A DNA stretch of 63,397 nt, filler included, from Octopus bimaculoides (lineage: Eukaryota): NCBI RefSeq assembly GCF_001194135.2. It is 6 parts of 6 records of this genome, joined end to end, with 100 filler letters (N's around TTAATTAATTAA, not from the genome) between each part and the next. Parts side by side here need not be neighbours in the genome. Positions count along the whole stretch, not along the records: positions 1 to 19,505 come from NC_068992.1; positions 19,606 to 33,516 come from NC_068995.1; 4 more parts are not named here. The stretch is one strand, 5' to 3'. This document shows, one piece after another, positions 12,881 to 24,926 of this stretch. The position numbers and the translations under genes were made by a program. The notes below the pieces were generated by a model that was not told where the DNA came from, made no database searches, and saw only the letters and a program-made list of their open reading frames with translations. Numbering within the stretch: the first letter of the stretch is position 1; every line of letters starts with the position of its first letter.

Positions 12881-13948
12881 ATCTCCGATACAAATGAAGC
12901 TATATCCTTTAATCTGCTGCTTATCTTTACACGAAATGAGGAAATATATTGTGGAACTGTTACTTTAACAAGTTACATCTACTTATCACCCGAAGAGACA
13001 CATCTACACCGTCAGATGCTCCTGGCCCAGTTGTTGAGTATCCTCCCGAAAACATTAAGCAAGACCCCCCATCTCGATAGCAACAGCAATTTGTTTNNNN
13101 NNNNNNNNNNNNNNNNNNNNNNNNNNNNNNNNNNNNNNNNNNNNNNNNNNNNNNNNNNNNNNNNNNNNNNNNNNNNNNNNNNNNNNNNNNNNNNNNNNNN
13201 NNNNNNNNNNNNNNNNNNNNNNNNNNNNNNNNNNNNNNNNNNNNNNNNNNNNNNNNNNNNNNNNNNNNNNNNNNNNNNNNNNNNNNNNNNNNNNNNNNNN
13301 NNNNNNNNNNNNNNNNNNNNNNNNNNNNNNNNNNNNNNNNNNNNNNNNNNNNNNNNNNNNNNNNNNNNNNNNNNNNNNNNNNNNNNNNNNNNNNNNNNNN
13401 NNNNNNNNNNNNNNNNNNNNNNNNNNNNNNNNNNNNNNNNNNNNNNNNNNNNNNNNNNNNNNNNNNNNNNNNNNNNNNNNNNNNNNNNNNNNNNNNNNNN
13501 NNNNNNNNNNNNNNNNNNNNNNNNNNNNNNNNNNNNNNNNNNNNNNNNNNNNNNNNNNNNNNNNNNNNNNNNNNNNNNNNNNNNNNNNNNNNNNNNNNNN
13601 NNNNNNNNNNNNNNNNNNNNNNNNNNNNNNNNNNNNNNNNNNNNNNNNNNNNNNNNNNNNNNNNNNNNNNNNNNNNNNNNNNNNNNNNNNNNNNNNNNNN
13701 NNNNNNNNNNNNNNNNNNNNNNNNNNNNNNNNNNNNNNNNNNNNNNNNNNNNNNNNNNNNNNNNNNNNNNNNNNNNNNNNNNNNNNNNNNNNNNNNNNNN
13801 NNNNNNNNNNNNNNNNNNNNNNNNNNNNNNNNNGTAACGGTTTTTTTTTTGTTATATTTCTGCTGCTTTTAAATAAAGCATATTACTCTACCTCTGGTAT
13901 TTGAGTACTCTTTTTTCCACCTTGTTGCACATTTCATGTGCTTACTCC

Positions 13949-13983
<35 letters not shown>

Positions 13984-14200
13984 ATCATTCGAAAGTTTAC
14001 TAGACAAAAAGAAACACATACACACACACACACACATATATATATAGTTCAAATTTACAGAAAACAAAAGGCGAAGACGGGTGAAGGAACAACAAGTGGG
14101 TGTATCAGTTTAACGTTCAGGAAGAATGGAAAAGTCTTTGACATTTCAAGCCTATGCTCTTCAATAGAAAGGATTAAGCGGGGGAAAAATGGAGAGAGAA
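12880..14200. mobile_element. Penelope-like retroelement remnant spanning a gap
   Basis: Degenerate RT-thumb-like peptide (ISDTNEAISF..LIFTRNEEIY..T..YIYL...H.H) at 12.88-13.09 kb, plus a terminal segment with a hammerhead-like motif at 14134-14172 (minus). Confidence 0.55.
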
Positions 14201-14399
14201 AAAGAAATGTGTAGAGCTTAATGGTTCAACATGATGAAATAGCATTAAGAAGGGCATTCAAATATAGAAACAATGCCAAAACAGACAAATGGAACCTCAT
14301 GTAGCTCTCCAGCAGGGCAGCTTCTGCTGAACCATCTAAGCCATGCCACCATGGAAAACAGATGTTAAATCATGAGGATGATATATATATATATATATT

Positions 14400-15117
14400 G
14401 ACAGAGTGTAAGTATCTTGAGAGAAAAGCTGAACATTAGAAGCATCAGTTGTGGTGTGCAAGAGAGACGATTGCGCTGGTATGGACATGTGGTGAGAATG
14501 GATGAGGATAGCTGCGTGAAAAAGTGCCACACCCTAACAGTTGAGGGAACCCGTGGAAGAGGTAGGCCCAGGAAGACCTGGGCTGAGGTGGTGAGGCAAG
14601 ACCTTCGTACATTGGGCCTCACCGAGGCGATGACTACTGACCGAGACCTTTGGAAATGTGCTGTGCGTGAGAAGACCCGGCAAGCCAAGTAAGATCGTTG
14701 CCAGTGCCCCTGGACTGGCTCTTGTGCGGGTGGCACATGAGATGCACCATTTTGAGCGTGGCCGTTGCCAGNNNNNNNNNNNNNNNNNNNNNNNNNNNNN
14801 NNNNNNNNNNNNNNNNNNNNNNNNNNNNNNNNNNNNNNNNNNNNNNNNNNNNNNNNNNNNNNNNNNNNNNNNNNTGCGGGTGGCACATAAAAGACACCAT
14901 TTCGAGCATGGCCGTTTTCGTGCGGGTGACACGTAAAAGCACCCACTACACTCTCTGAGTGGTTGGCGTTAGGAAGGGCATCCAGCTGTAGAAACTCTGC
15001 CAAATTAGATTGGAGCCTGGTGTTGCCATCCGGTTTCACCAGTCCTCAGTCAAATTGTCCAACCCATGCTAGCATGGAAAGCGGACGTTAAACGATGATG
15101 ATGATGATGATGATGAT
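14400..15117 (+). mobile_element. RTE-clade LINE 3' end with (GAT)n tail
   Basis: ORF 14417-14692, ERRLRWYGHVVRM...GRGRPRKTW..VV..DL, is a typical RTE ORF2 C-terminus. It is followed by a 3' UTR and a (GAT)n tail. Confidence 0.85.
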
Positions 15118-15624
15118 ATATATGTACACACACACATAGATGCAAGCAAGTGTGGCTAAGAAGTTTGCTTTCCAACATGTTTTCAGGTTCAGCTCCAGTG
15201 TTGTGGCACCTTGGGCAAGTATCTTCAAATACAACCTTGGGCCAACCATATCTTGTGAGTGAATTTGGTAGACAGAAACTGCATGGAAGTTTGTGCAGGA
15301 GTGGACTGTCGGAATTGTGGTGCATGAGGGCTTTCGATACAAGTTGTATGCACATTGAGTAGAGGCCAATTCATGACAGCAACAACACTGGAAGACAATT
15401 AGGCGCTTAGAAAATTACTATTTTTTAAATCTCACAACGAGATATATTCAGCAACAGTACTTTATAGTAAAGATTGTTTGCCAACATAACATGTTCGAAA
15501 ATGTAAGGACACAGATCATGTTGCATAGCCAGCTGGAAACAATGTCTCCTGGGGCTAAATTACAGCATCATTCGTCCTAAACCAGGACTGCCATGTTATG
15601 CTGGGAAACAATCCTTACTACAAT

Positions 15625-16337
15625 TACACCCTTGTTGTGCTTTTACTTAACAAAATTAAAAAGCCTCATGAACATGGCGTGCTTTGTGTCTTCCTTGATG
15701 AGACAATTTTAAAACCAAGATCAAAAATCTAACAAGAGAAACAACAAATGGTTATGTACAGATCCTTTGGATGTCTCCAGAGTGATGCACACTATGTTTC
15801 TAACAACTGCAGTGGTTTTAGGAATGGTGAGCAATGAGGATGTTATTCTACTTCCCCACATCTTTCTGCAGGGTCTACTTCGAGGTGCTGGAGATAATTG
15901 TTAAACCCTGGTTGAATGAAAAACACAGTGGAAGGCTATATATGCTCCAACTAATCTCAACACCTTCTTACAAAACCTATGTAACCCAAGAATCGATGTC
16001 AGATAACTTTATGATCATGTAACTTCTGGGCTACTACATTCGGAACATTGCTGAAAGAGAGCTCACTGACACCCTCACAATACTGTAGCTTCACTGAAGG
16101 CTGCCAGTGCCCAACAGATGTCCGAAATGAATAAGGACCATTTAGTGCAGGCATGACAATGGTTCCTGTCCCATATTGATGAAGTCATTGAAGCTGAAGG
16201 TGGAGTCAAAGAATAATCTTGTAAAGAGTTTATCGAGATGTGCTCAAAGTTTTATTAAAATAAATTTGGTTTTGCTTTATTAGAAATATTTCATCAAATT
16301 TTCAAAAAATGTCCTCAAACATCTCTTGCACCCATGT
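15625..16337 (+). mobile_element. Degenerate Tc1/mariner transposase (DDD type, maT/DD37D-like)
   Basis: Translatable remnants MHT.FLTTAVVLGMVSNE, EVLEIIVKPW, GRLYMLQ..TPSYK and AERE...PHNTV.SLKAA, plus a TIR-like end cttgcacccatgt. D-D spacing cannot be counted because of an internal deletion. Confidence 0.75.
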
Positions 16338-16948
16338 GTGTGTGTGTGTGTGTGTGTGTACAGACAGAGACAGACAGACATGTATATTCTTTTTTTAAAT
16401 TGTTTCAGTCATTTGACTACAGCCATGCTGGAGCACTGCCTTTAGTTGAGCAAATCGACACCAGGACTTATTCTTTGCAAGCCTAGTACTTATTCTATCG
16501 GTGTCTTTTGCCAAACCGCTAAGTTACGGGTACGTAAACACACCAGCATCAGTTATCAAGCGATGTTGGGGGGACAAACAGACACACAAACATACACACA
16601 CACACACACATATATATATATATGTATACGACAGGCTTCTTTCAGTCTCTGTCTATCAAATCCACTCACAAGGCTTTGGTCGGCCCGAGGCTATAGTAGA
16701 AGACATTTGCTCAAAGTGCCATGCAGTGGGACTGAACCCAGAACCATGTGGCTGGTAAGCAAGCTACTTACCACACACCCACTCTGGTACCTATATATAC
16801 ATTTGATCAAAGAGGATGACTCATGTTCTCAGTGTGATTCTTCTAGTGACAAAAGGAATGAAACATCAACCTTCAAATGAATGTATACACGTCTGTGTAT
16901 TTGTAAATGTACACACACACACTCACACACAAATATAAATAGAGAGAG

Positions 16949-17015
<67 letters not shown>

Positions 17016-18091
17016 NNNNNNNNNNNNNNNNNNNNNNNNNNNNNNNNNNNNNNNNNNNNNNNNNNNNNNNNNNNNNNNNNNNNNNNNNNNNNNNNNNNNN
17101 NNNNNNNNNNNNNNNNNNNNNNNNNNNNNNNNNNNNNNNNNNNNNNNNNNNNNNNNNNNNNNNNNNNNNNNNNNNNNNNNNNNNNNNNNNNNNNNNNNNN
17201 NNNNNNNNNNNNNNNNNNNNNNNNNNNNNNNNNNNNNNNNNNNNNNNNNNNNNNNNNNNNNNNNNNNNNNNNNNNNNNNNNNNNNNNNNNNNNNNNNNNN
17301 NNNNNNNNNNNNNNNNNNNNNNNNNNNNNNNNNNNNNNNNNNNNNNNNNNNNNNNNNNNNNNNNNNNNNNNNNNNNNNNNNNNNNNNNNNNNNNNNNNNN
17401 NNNNNNNNNNNNNNNNNNNNNNNNNNNNNNNNNNNNNNNNNNNNNNNNNNNNNNNNNNNNNNNNNNNNNNNNNNNNNNNNNNNNNNNNNNNNNNNNNNNN
17501 NNNNNNNNNNNNNNNNNNNNNNNNNNNNNNNNNNNNNNNNNNNNNNNNNNNNNNNNNNNNNNNNNNNNNNNNNNNNNNNNNNNNNNNNNNNNNNNNNNNN
17601 NNNNNNNNNNNNNNNNNNNNNNNNNNNNNNNNNNNNNNNNNNNNNNNNNNNNNNNNNNNNNNNNNNNNNNNNNNNNNNNNNNNNNNNNNNNNNNNNNNNN
17701 NNNNNNNNNNNNNNNNNNNNNNNNNNNNNNNNNNNNNNNNNNNNNNNNNNNNNNNNNNNNNNNNNNNNNNNNNNNNNNNNNNNNNNNNNNNNNNNNNNNN
17801 NNNNNNNNNNNNNNNNNNNNNNNNNNNNNNNNNNNNNNNNNNNNNNNNNNNNNNNNNNNNNNNNNNNNNNNNNNNNNNNNNATAAACAAATAAGCAAAAA
17901 GGCTGTACAGCCAGACGTGAAGTGTGTATGTATAAGCACGTACAGGAGGGGCAAAGAAGTACGTGCGAGCTTGGGGATTCCAAGAACGAAAAGAAATAGC
18001 AGCCGGACACACGTGACCAAGGCTGTATGAAGAGAAAGAGTAGCAGAGGGAAAAGAAGGGGAGGAAGTAGAATAAAAGTGAGCAACGAGAG

Positions 18092-18125
<34 letters not shown>

Positions 18126-19009
18126 TAGTAGTAACGGTGAGAGGCGAAGGACGAGTAACAAGAGATAGAGATAGTAGTGACAGGTAGAGGCGAAGAACAG
18201 TAGAGGGAAGAATGAGAGATGGACACACAAACAAACACACACATGTAAAAATCATCATCATCATCATCATCATTTAACATCTGTCTTCCATGCTGGCATG
18301 GGTTGGACAGTTTGACAGGAGCTGGTAAGCCCATAACAAGTTCCACTGCTGTCTGTTTTTGGCAAGGTTTTTATGGCTGAACGCCCTTCCTAACGCCAAA
18401 CACTTCAGACATATGAATATTTAAACTCACATATATTTCCAGCAGCACATTTGCCAATCACAAGCAAATATAACTCTTCATAGCAATTAACAGGTTTGTG
18501 TTAATTGTTTTGGGTGGCTATGTGGCCATGAGCAGCCACAGATACCCTCTCAGTCAGCTTTGCTTTTGGTCAAGCAGAACATTGAAGATGTGACAGCGAA
18601 AGAGAGGGGGGAGGAGGAAGAGGAGACAGGGATGATGGGGAGATGGAGAGAGGGGGTAGAGGAGGATGCACCAGCAATCAGCCAGTTCTGTAGACTAGAG
18701 CAATGTGAAAGGAGTGCCTCAGGCTCAAGAATACAGTGAGCTTATGCTTCTCACATCACACAAACTTATATATACATATACATACATACATATGTACACA
18801 TGCGTATGTGTGTATGGAACATGTAACTAATTCATGAACGTCAGAGACTGCATTCCAACGGCAAGTTTTTTGGCAAACGTCTAGATTATGTCACTTTCGA
18901 AGATGTACTTTATGTGAAAAGAACAAGCTTAGAGACAAAAGCAAATTTAAACTGAGAAAACATCCAATAATAATAACAATAAGAAGAATGATAGCAAAAG
19001 GGGCTGATT

Positions 19010-19300
19010 GTGACCTAGCTCAGCCACCAGGAAACCCCAATATGGCAGAAATTCAAAAGATAGTGCTCATGGAAACTGCCCATATTCTACGTAAAATACT
19101 GTCTATGTGAACGCAAATTTTAAAACAAACTTATAATTTTCTTATGGTCTCTTAAACATTCTCTAGAACAACACTATGTACAAAACCTAAAACATGATAC
19201 CCTAGGCAAAACACCAAGATGAACGTCTAACTTGTTCTCTCTTGAGGTCTCTGGGTGAGACTTGGAGCCAACTTGTACAAATGTAAAGCAAAAGTCAAAC

Positions 19301-19384
<84 letters not shown>

Positions 19385-19505
19385 TAATAATTACTGAAAT
19401 ATGTAATGTTGACAGAAAAATAAGAAAACTGTTGACAATGCATAGAATGCACCACACTAAGGCAGATATAGAACGTCTTTATCTGCCAAGAAAAGAAGGA
19501 GGCCG
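19010..19505 (+). mobile_element. 3' end of a related RLE LINE, then (AAT)n, then a second RT C-terminal fragment
   Basis: PGNPNMAEIQKIVLMETAHILRKILSM* parallels the C-terminus at ~8.98-9.05 kb. After the (AAT)n tract, DRKIRKLLTMHRMHHTKADIERLYLPRKEGG parallels ~7.95-8.05 kb. Confidence 0.8.
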
Positions 19506-19605
19506 NNNNNNNNNNNNNNNNNNNNNNNNNNNNNNNNNNNNNNNNNNNNTTAATTAATTAANNNNNNNNNNNNNNNNNNNNNNNNNNNNNNNNNNNNNNN
19601 NNNNN
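19506..19605. other. Assembly spacer: 44 N + TTAATTAATTAA + 44 N
   Basis: The same 100-nt construct carries the 12-mer at 19550, 33561, 39482, 49752 and 62179. Confidence 0.95.
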
Positions 19606-20315
19606 ATATATATATGAGTTGGTGTAATAGTGTTGAACAAAGCCACTGCAAGGCAAACTAGAAATAGAAGAGTGTAAACAAAAGCCAGGCCAAAAATCAA
19701 AACAAAAAATAATTGTTTACACTGTTTCAAATCTGGTTTGTAATATTTCGGTTTTATACTCCGCTTATCAAGAGAAAATAAGAGGTCGGGCCAGGTCCAT
19801 GCTGTACAGAGCAGAAACAAAGGAGCATTTAATTTTCAAACGCTGATATTAAGCGATGGCTGTGTCATGTTCAGACTGATAATAATAACTCAATCAATCG
19901 GCATAGCACAGTTCATATCTGTTGTTGATGGTAGGATTAAATTTATCAAATGGATAATTTGTTTAATCGTTAATTTTCCGATATTTCGTGCAGGGGTTTT
20001 GATGTTTTGGTTATGATATGTCTTTCTAAAGAAGGAAACTATGTATGAATATGTTATTTAAAGCAGATGTGAAGATTGCATGTGTTGCTTTCATAAATAT
20101 AACCACAAGCAATTGTGATACACCATGTAAGCTCGTAAACATTTGACCATATTGTTAAAGAAACGATTAGCTTATGTACCCAGCTTCCTACGAATCACTT
20201 GACAGAACACAGCGGAGTTCTATCCTGTAGATGCCGCCGTCTAAGGAGGACTCCATGAAAATTCAGCAGTTACTCATTTCAGATGAGACATCGTCAAATG
20301 AAATGATTTGCTTAC

Positions 20316-20333
20316 GGACACAGTTCGCCACAT
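20316..20333 (-). CDS. Gene A, candidate first coding exon (MWRTVS)
   Basis: Minus strand reads acgATG TGG CGA ACT GTG TCC|gtaagc. There is an upstream in-frame TAA and an A at -3, it lies in a CpG-rich patch, and its phase-0 end fits the exon at 11208. The join is inferred, and further exons could hide in the N-gaps. Confidence 0.35.
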
Positions 20334-20584
20334 CGTACCGAAACCGAACGCGCCGTCTTATAATTTTAAGCCCAACACTCTTGCCAATAACAAGCTCTGT
20401 GCCTCCACTGTGTGAGTGTTTGTGTCTGAGTGTTTGTGCGTGCGCGTGCTCGTGTATGCATAGATGTAGATGTTTGTAAAGAAGCACTCTCAACGCTTTA
20501 CTCGAAGTATTTATTTATCTGAGCCGCACCCTGGGCATCTGTCTTCTCTCATATCCTCGAGTCGACCAAAATGTGCAGGTGTGT

Positions 20585-20634
<50 letters not shown>

Positions 20635-20851
20635 TGAGGGGGTTCTGAAAAATTCCTGGCTTTGGGTAAAAGTAAATACAGGAGGATCAGTTAATTATGA
20701 TCTTATTCAGCATATTCCCCTCTCAGATTCACATATTTATTGCAGCGGTCCTTCAGTTTTTCTAAGCCCTGTAAAAGAACTCAGAAAGTTGGGCCTCCAA
20801 CTAGGCCTTCCGCGATACTCTTAAAGCCAAGAACTTTTCAGCAGCCCCTCA
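20635..20851. mobile_element. Mariner-type MITE (~217 bp)
   Basis: ~29-bp TIRs tgagggggttctgaaaaattcctggcttt / aaagccaagaacttttcagcagcccctca, with TA at the left flank and no ORF. Confidence 0.75.
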
Positions 20852-22341
20852 CATAAACACACACACAACCACACACACATAAATATATATCATCATCATC
20901 ATTGTCGTCATCAACGTTTAACATCCGTTGTCCATGGTGGCATGAGCTGGATGGGTTGGCCAGAGCTGGAAAGCTGGGGAGCTGCACTAGACTCCAGTCT
21001 GCTTTGGTATGGTTTCCACAGCAGCTCTTCCTTAACGCCAACCGCTTCACAGAGTGTGGCGGATGCTTTTACGTAGCACGGCACGGGTACTTTTACGTGA
21101 CATCGCACGGGTGCTTTTACGTGGCGTCACCGCGGGCGTTTTTGCGCGGCATCGCACGGGTGCTTTTACGCGACACCACCATGAGGGCTTTGCACCACCA
21201 GAAGTTTTGGTCTAAACAAGATATATATATATATATATACAGACATACACTCACATAAATATTTCCTTTATCAAACACTCCAGAATTAAACAAGTAATTA
21301 CAAGCAATATTGTTTGAATATCTCTGTAAATTAACGAACTTTCTGTTGAAAATGTGGGTGTTGTATCTTGTTTAGAAAAACACGCCGCTACTACTTTCCA
21401 AGGCATTTTAAAGTTTGTTATTTCATTTCAGAGAATTTTATTTTTGGAGGTGAGGAAGGGCTTCGGGGAATCTTCTTGCTTGAAGTTTTTATCACAATTT
21501 CAAAATTTACTCATTGACTATGCTAGGGATGTTTGCTTCTTTCAAATCTTTGCTTGCAATTTTTTCACTTCATTTCGTTCTTATTTTCAAACCCGTCTTT
21601 ATAAACACATTAATTAAACCTTTGAAGACAAAATTTCAAGAAAGAAAAAGTAATAAAACAAAGAAAATAAATAAAAAGAATTGAATTCAAAAAGGAAATT
21701 ATAAACGAATCCTTAGTAAAGACTGAACTAGCATCACCAATTCTTTAATCCAATAAACTTTTATTCCTCAAAGTACAAACATGCCCATGCAAACATATAT
21801 ACGTATACATACCGCATGCACACGCACACGCACACACACAAGCATACAAACACACTGACACACAAACACACACACAAAGGTACATACACACTAACGCACA
21901 GCCATCAGTGAATATAGGGGAGATAAACATGCCACAGTGACATTCAACATAATTCTTTTAAAGTTTCAAACGAGAAAATCTTAAAAGAGGGGGGAAAATT
22001 TTAATGATCAAACGTGAACGAAGAAGAAGAACAACAACAACAACAACAGATTAAAATATAGAATGTAGAATCAAGAGCTACCCGTAAAAGAAGGTGTTTG
22101 TGCAGCCATGAAAAACATGTGATCAATGGGCAAAGAAGTGATTTTGATTGAATTAAAGTGTTCAATCATAAACGTGGCACCGTTTATGCCGACAGTGCTA
22201 CCATTGGCAGCCTGATATGTTCAGTCAGTAACGACAAATTTATTGAATTAAAACAGCAGCAGCGAGTTTCGGTTCGAGGAAACCGCAAGGTGGTCGCTCT
22301 ACAAGCTAGAAATAGCAAAGAAAGGCTACCCTTGAGTCGCA

Positions 22342-22377
<36 letters not shown>

Positions 22378-22899
22378 AACGAATGATTGTTCACCATTTT
22401 AACTGCACGCGAACATATATAACCATTATCATTGTCTAAAGGCTAAAAACGTCTGTCTTTCCGTTCTAAGTTCAGATTCCGGCGAGGTCCACTTTGTTTT
22501 TTATCCTTTCGGGGTCGATAAAATAAGTACCAGTTGGATAGTCGACTGTTCTCCTCCGCCACATTTCAGACCTTGTGCCTATATTAGAAACAAAACAGGA
22601 ATAAAGAACATTTCAGGATTTATCAAAAGAAAAGGAATCCATTAAGGTTGAAATCAGAAAATGATTCATGGTTTTGAACTGTTCCACAATAACAGAAAAA
22701 TATTCCATATTATGTTCTCATTTCACTTTGGTGTTGCCTCTAGTGGAACGAAATCCAACGTGGAGACGTTTGACAGATTTCCATCCGATCTTCGTGAACG
22801 CTTACTGAGCTCAAATTAGAATAATTAGAAACGGGTTCAAATAATTAGTAGTTTCAAGGAAACGTTGGAAAATGATATAGTGACAGATATCTGGAAGTC

Positions 22900-23046
22900 T
22901 GTGATAGGTAGACAAAGAGACAGACTGACAGATCAATAAATAAGCATGACGGTAGATAGATGGAGAGACAGACAGACAGATAGACAGAGACGGGAGAGAG
23001 AGAGAGGGTACAGAAAGTGAGGGATACGGAGAGAAACATGATAGAC

Positions 23047-23098
<52 letters not shown>

Positions 23099-23153
23099 AG
23101 ACGCAAAAGTGCATACATAAATAAACAGAAACCGAGCTCAATAGGCAGAAAGA

Positions 23154-23185
<32 letters not shown>

Positions 23186-23242
23186 AAGCAAGTGATACAG
23201 AGAAAGAAACAGATAGAAAGAGATGGGGAGGGAGAGAGAGAG

Positions 23243-23279
<37 letters not shown>

Positions 23280-23284
23280 GACAC

Positions 23285-23327
<43 letters not shown>

Positions 23328-23470
23328 CACATACATGGATAAACAGAAAGTGAGATCAACCGACAGACAGGCAAACAGCCAGAGAGTTAGGAAGCTATAC
23401 ACCGGTAAACAGAGAGACTACAACAGTAAAAGACAGAAGGTAAAAGAGAGAGAGAGAGGGGGGGAGGGCG
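22900..23470. repeat. Compound (GACA)/(GATT)/(GA)/(GATA) tract
   Basis: Read directly. Confidence 0.9.
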
Positions 23471-24235
23471 GAGAGAGGAGATGTGTGGAAGGAAGTTGAA
23501 AGGACGGAATTTGAGAATAAAACAGTTGTGAGGTAATAGCTATCGATGCGAAATGAACCCGGAAACCGTTGGTACTGAATAGTTTCACGGTAGAATGGTA
23601 AATGGAGATACCGGAAATACGAGGCAAGGTGAATAAGATCTTGATATATAATTGAAATGGCGCTTAGATATTGGTTGTTTAGTGGGAACCTGATTGAGAA
23701 TTGACGAGTAGAGGAAGAATAGCGGGGAAGAGGGAGAGAAAGAAGAGTGGAGGGATAAAAAGGGAGATAATTTTAAAATATAGAAAGAACGCGGACTATA
23801 AATAATTGTGTGTGTGGGGGTGTTATCTTTGAATTCTTTCAGTCTTTGCTGCCATGATAGTGCACACCTTATGAGATTTCGTCCAACATATCAGCCCCAA
23901 TACAATTTTTTTTTAGAAGCCTGGTACTTATTCTGTCGGTCTCTTTTGCTGAACCTCAAGGTTAAGGGGACGTAAACATGCGAATTGCAGTTGTCAAGTG
24001 GTAGTGGAGGGGACAAAGCCAAACACAACGACACACACATACATACATATGTGTGTGTGTGTATACGACGGGCTTCCTTCAGTTTCCGTCTCTCAAATTC
24101 ATTTGCAAGACGTTATAATAGAAGACATTTACCCAAGGTGGGGTCGAACTGAAACTACGTGGTTGCAAGCAAGCTTCTATACAACACACCCATTTATTTA
24201 CATACGAGCATATGTACATACATACACACATATAA

Positions 24236-24318
<83 letters not shown>

Positions 24319-24813
24319 TGGGTACTGGACGTCACAAACAGTAAACAACATAAAATACGAAAACAAATAAGTTGAATACGCAAACAACGAGAGAAACAAA
24401 TGGAAAACAGGACAAGTGACATAAAGAACGACCCTTCATCAGTTGTCGGCTGCCTATCTACTCCTCATTTCGAGCATTCAACGACAATATGAGTCTTCGA
24501 AGGTACTTGCTCCCACAAATACCAAAATAAAATTTGGGATCAGGAAGCAAGCATTTATAAGCCTTCCCTGTGTCTACGCAAAACCTTTAAATGATACCAA
24601 TAGGATTGTTTAGTCCTAACTGTCATTGACAATTACGATTTGGCAGGAAATATTTAAGGTGCAGTGTTAGCAACATAGCCTATTTTCGCGATGCTTAAAG
24701 CAATACCGAATGCATGAAAAGCTATTAAAGTGTTAATGGAGAAAATGGAAAAGTGTGATAGTAATTTCCCACGCAAATGACATGGTCTCCTTCCATGCTT
24801 TACCGGAATTTGG

Positions 24814-24926
24814 TTATATAATGCTGCAACAAAACACTTCAATACCACTGGTGAGGAGTTTCAAGTTGCAAAGGCCTGCTGTCTCAGGATGGCATGGGAT
24901 TCGGTGGATCTCATCGCTCGTGCAGT
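24814..24926 (-). CDS. Candidate small Cys-rich peptide, exon 2 (NCTSDEIHRIPCHPETAGLCNLKLLTSGIEVFCCSII*)
   Basis: Polypyrimidine tract ctttattcttcatcttcactcttgtatatacaag|AC, phase 1, open to TAA. Confidence 0.35.

Noticed and set aside
18431-18600. Minus-strand gtgagt donor at 18430 as a gene A exon
   Set aside because: All three frames are closed shortly upstream and there is no good acceptor.
19554-19820. Transmembrane-like ORF (AWTWPDLLF...LFFVLIFGLAFVYTLLFLVCLAV)
   Set aside because: It has a good acceptor, but the hydrophobicity follows from the antisense of A-rich DNA, no convincing donor was found, and phase 1 does not fit the proposed gene A chain.
20231-20479. Plus-strand ORF MPPSKEDSMK...
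   Set aside because: No recognisable similarity and no downstream partner exon; it overlaps the promoter-like patch.
22158-22439. ORF, or minus-strand exon (ACRATTLRFPRTETRCCCF...) linking the 24.9-kb exon to gene A
   Set aside because: The phases are compatible, but the donor (gtagca) is weak and the CpG boundary favours a gene A start near 20.3 kb.
24425-24480. Hammerhead at CTGATGAAGGG (minus)
   Set aside because: No downstream GAAA or stem II, and the upstream GAAA does not form stem III.
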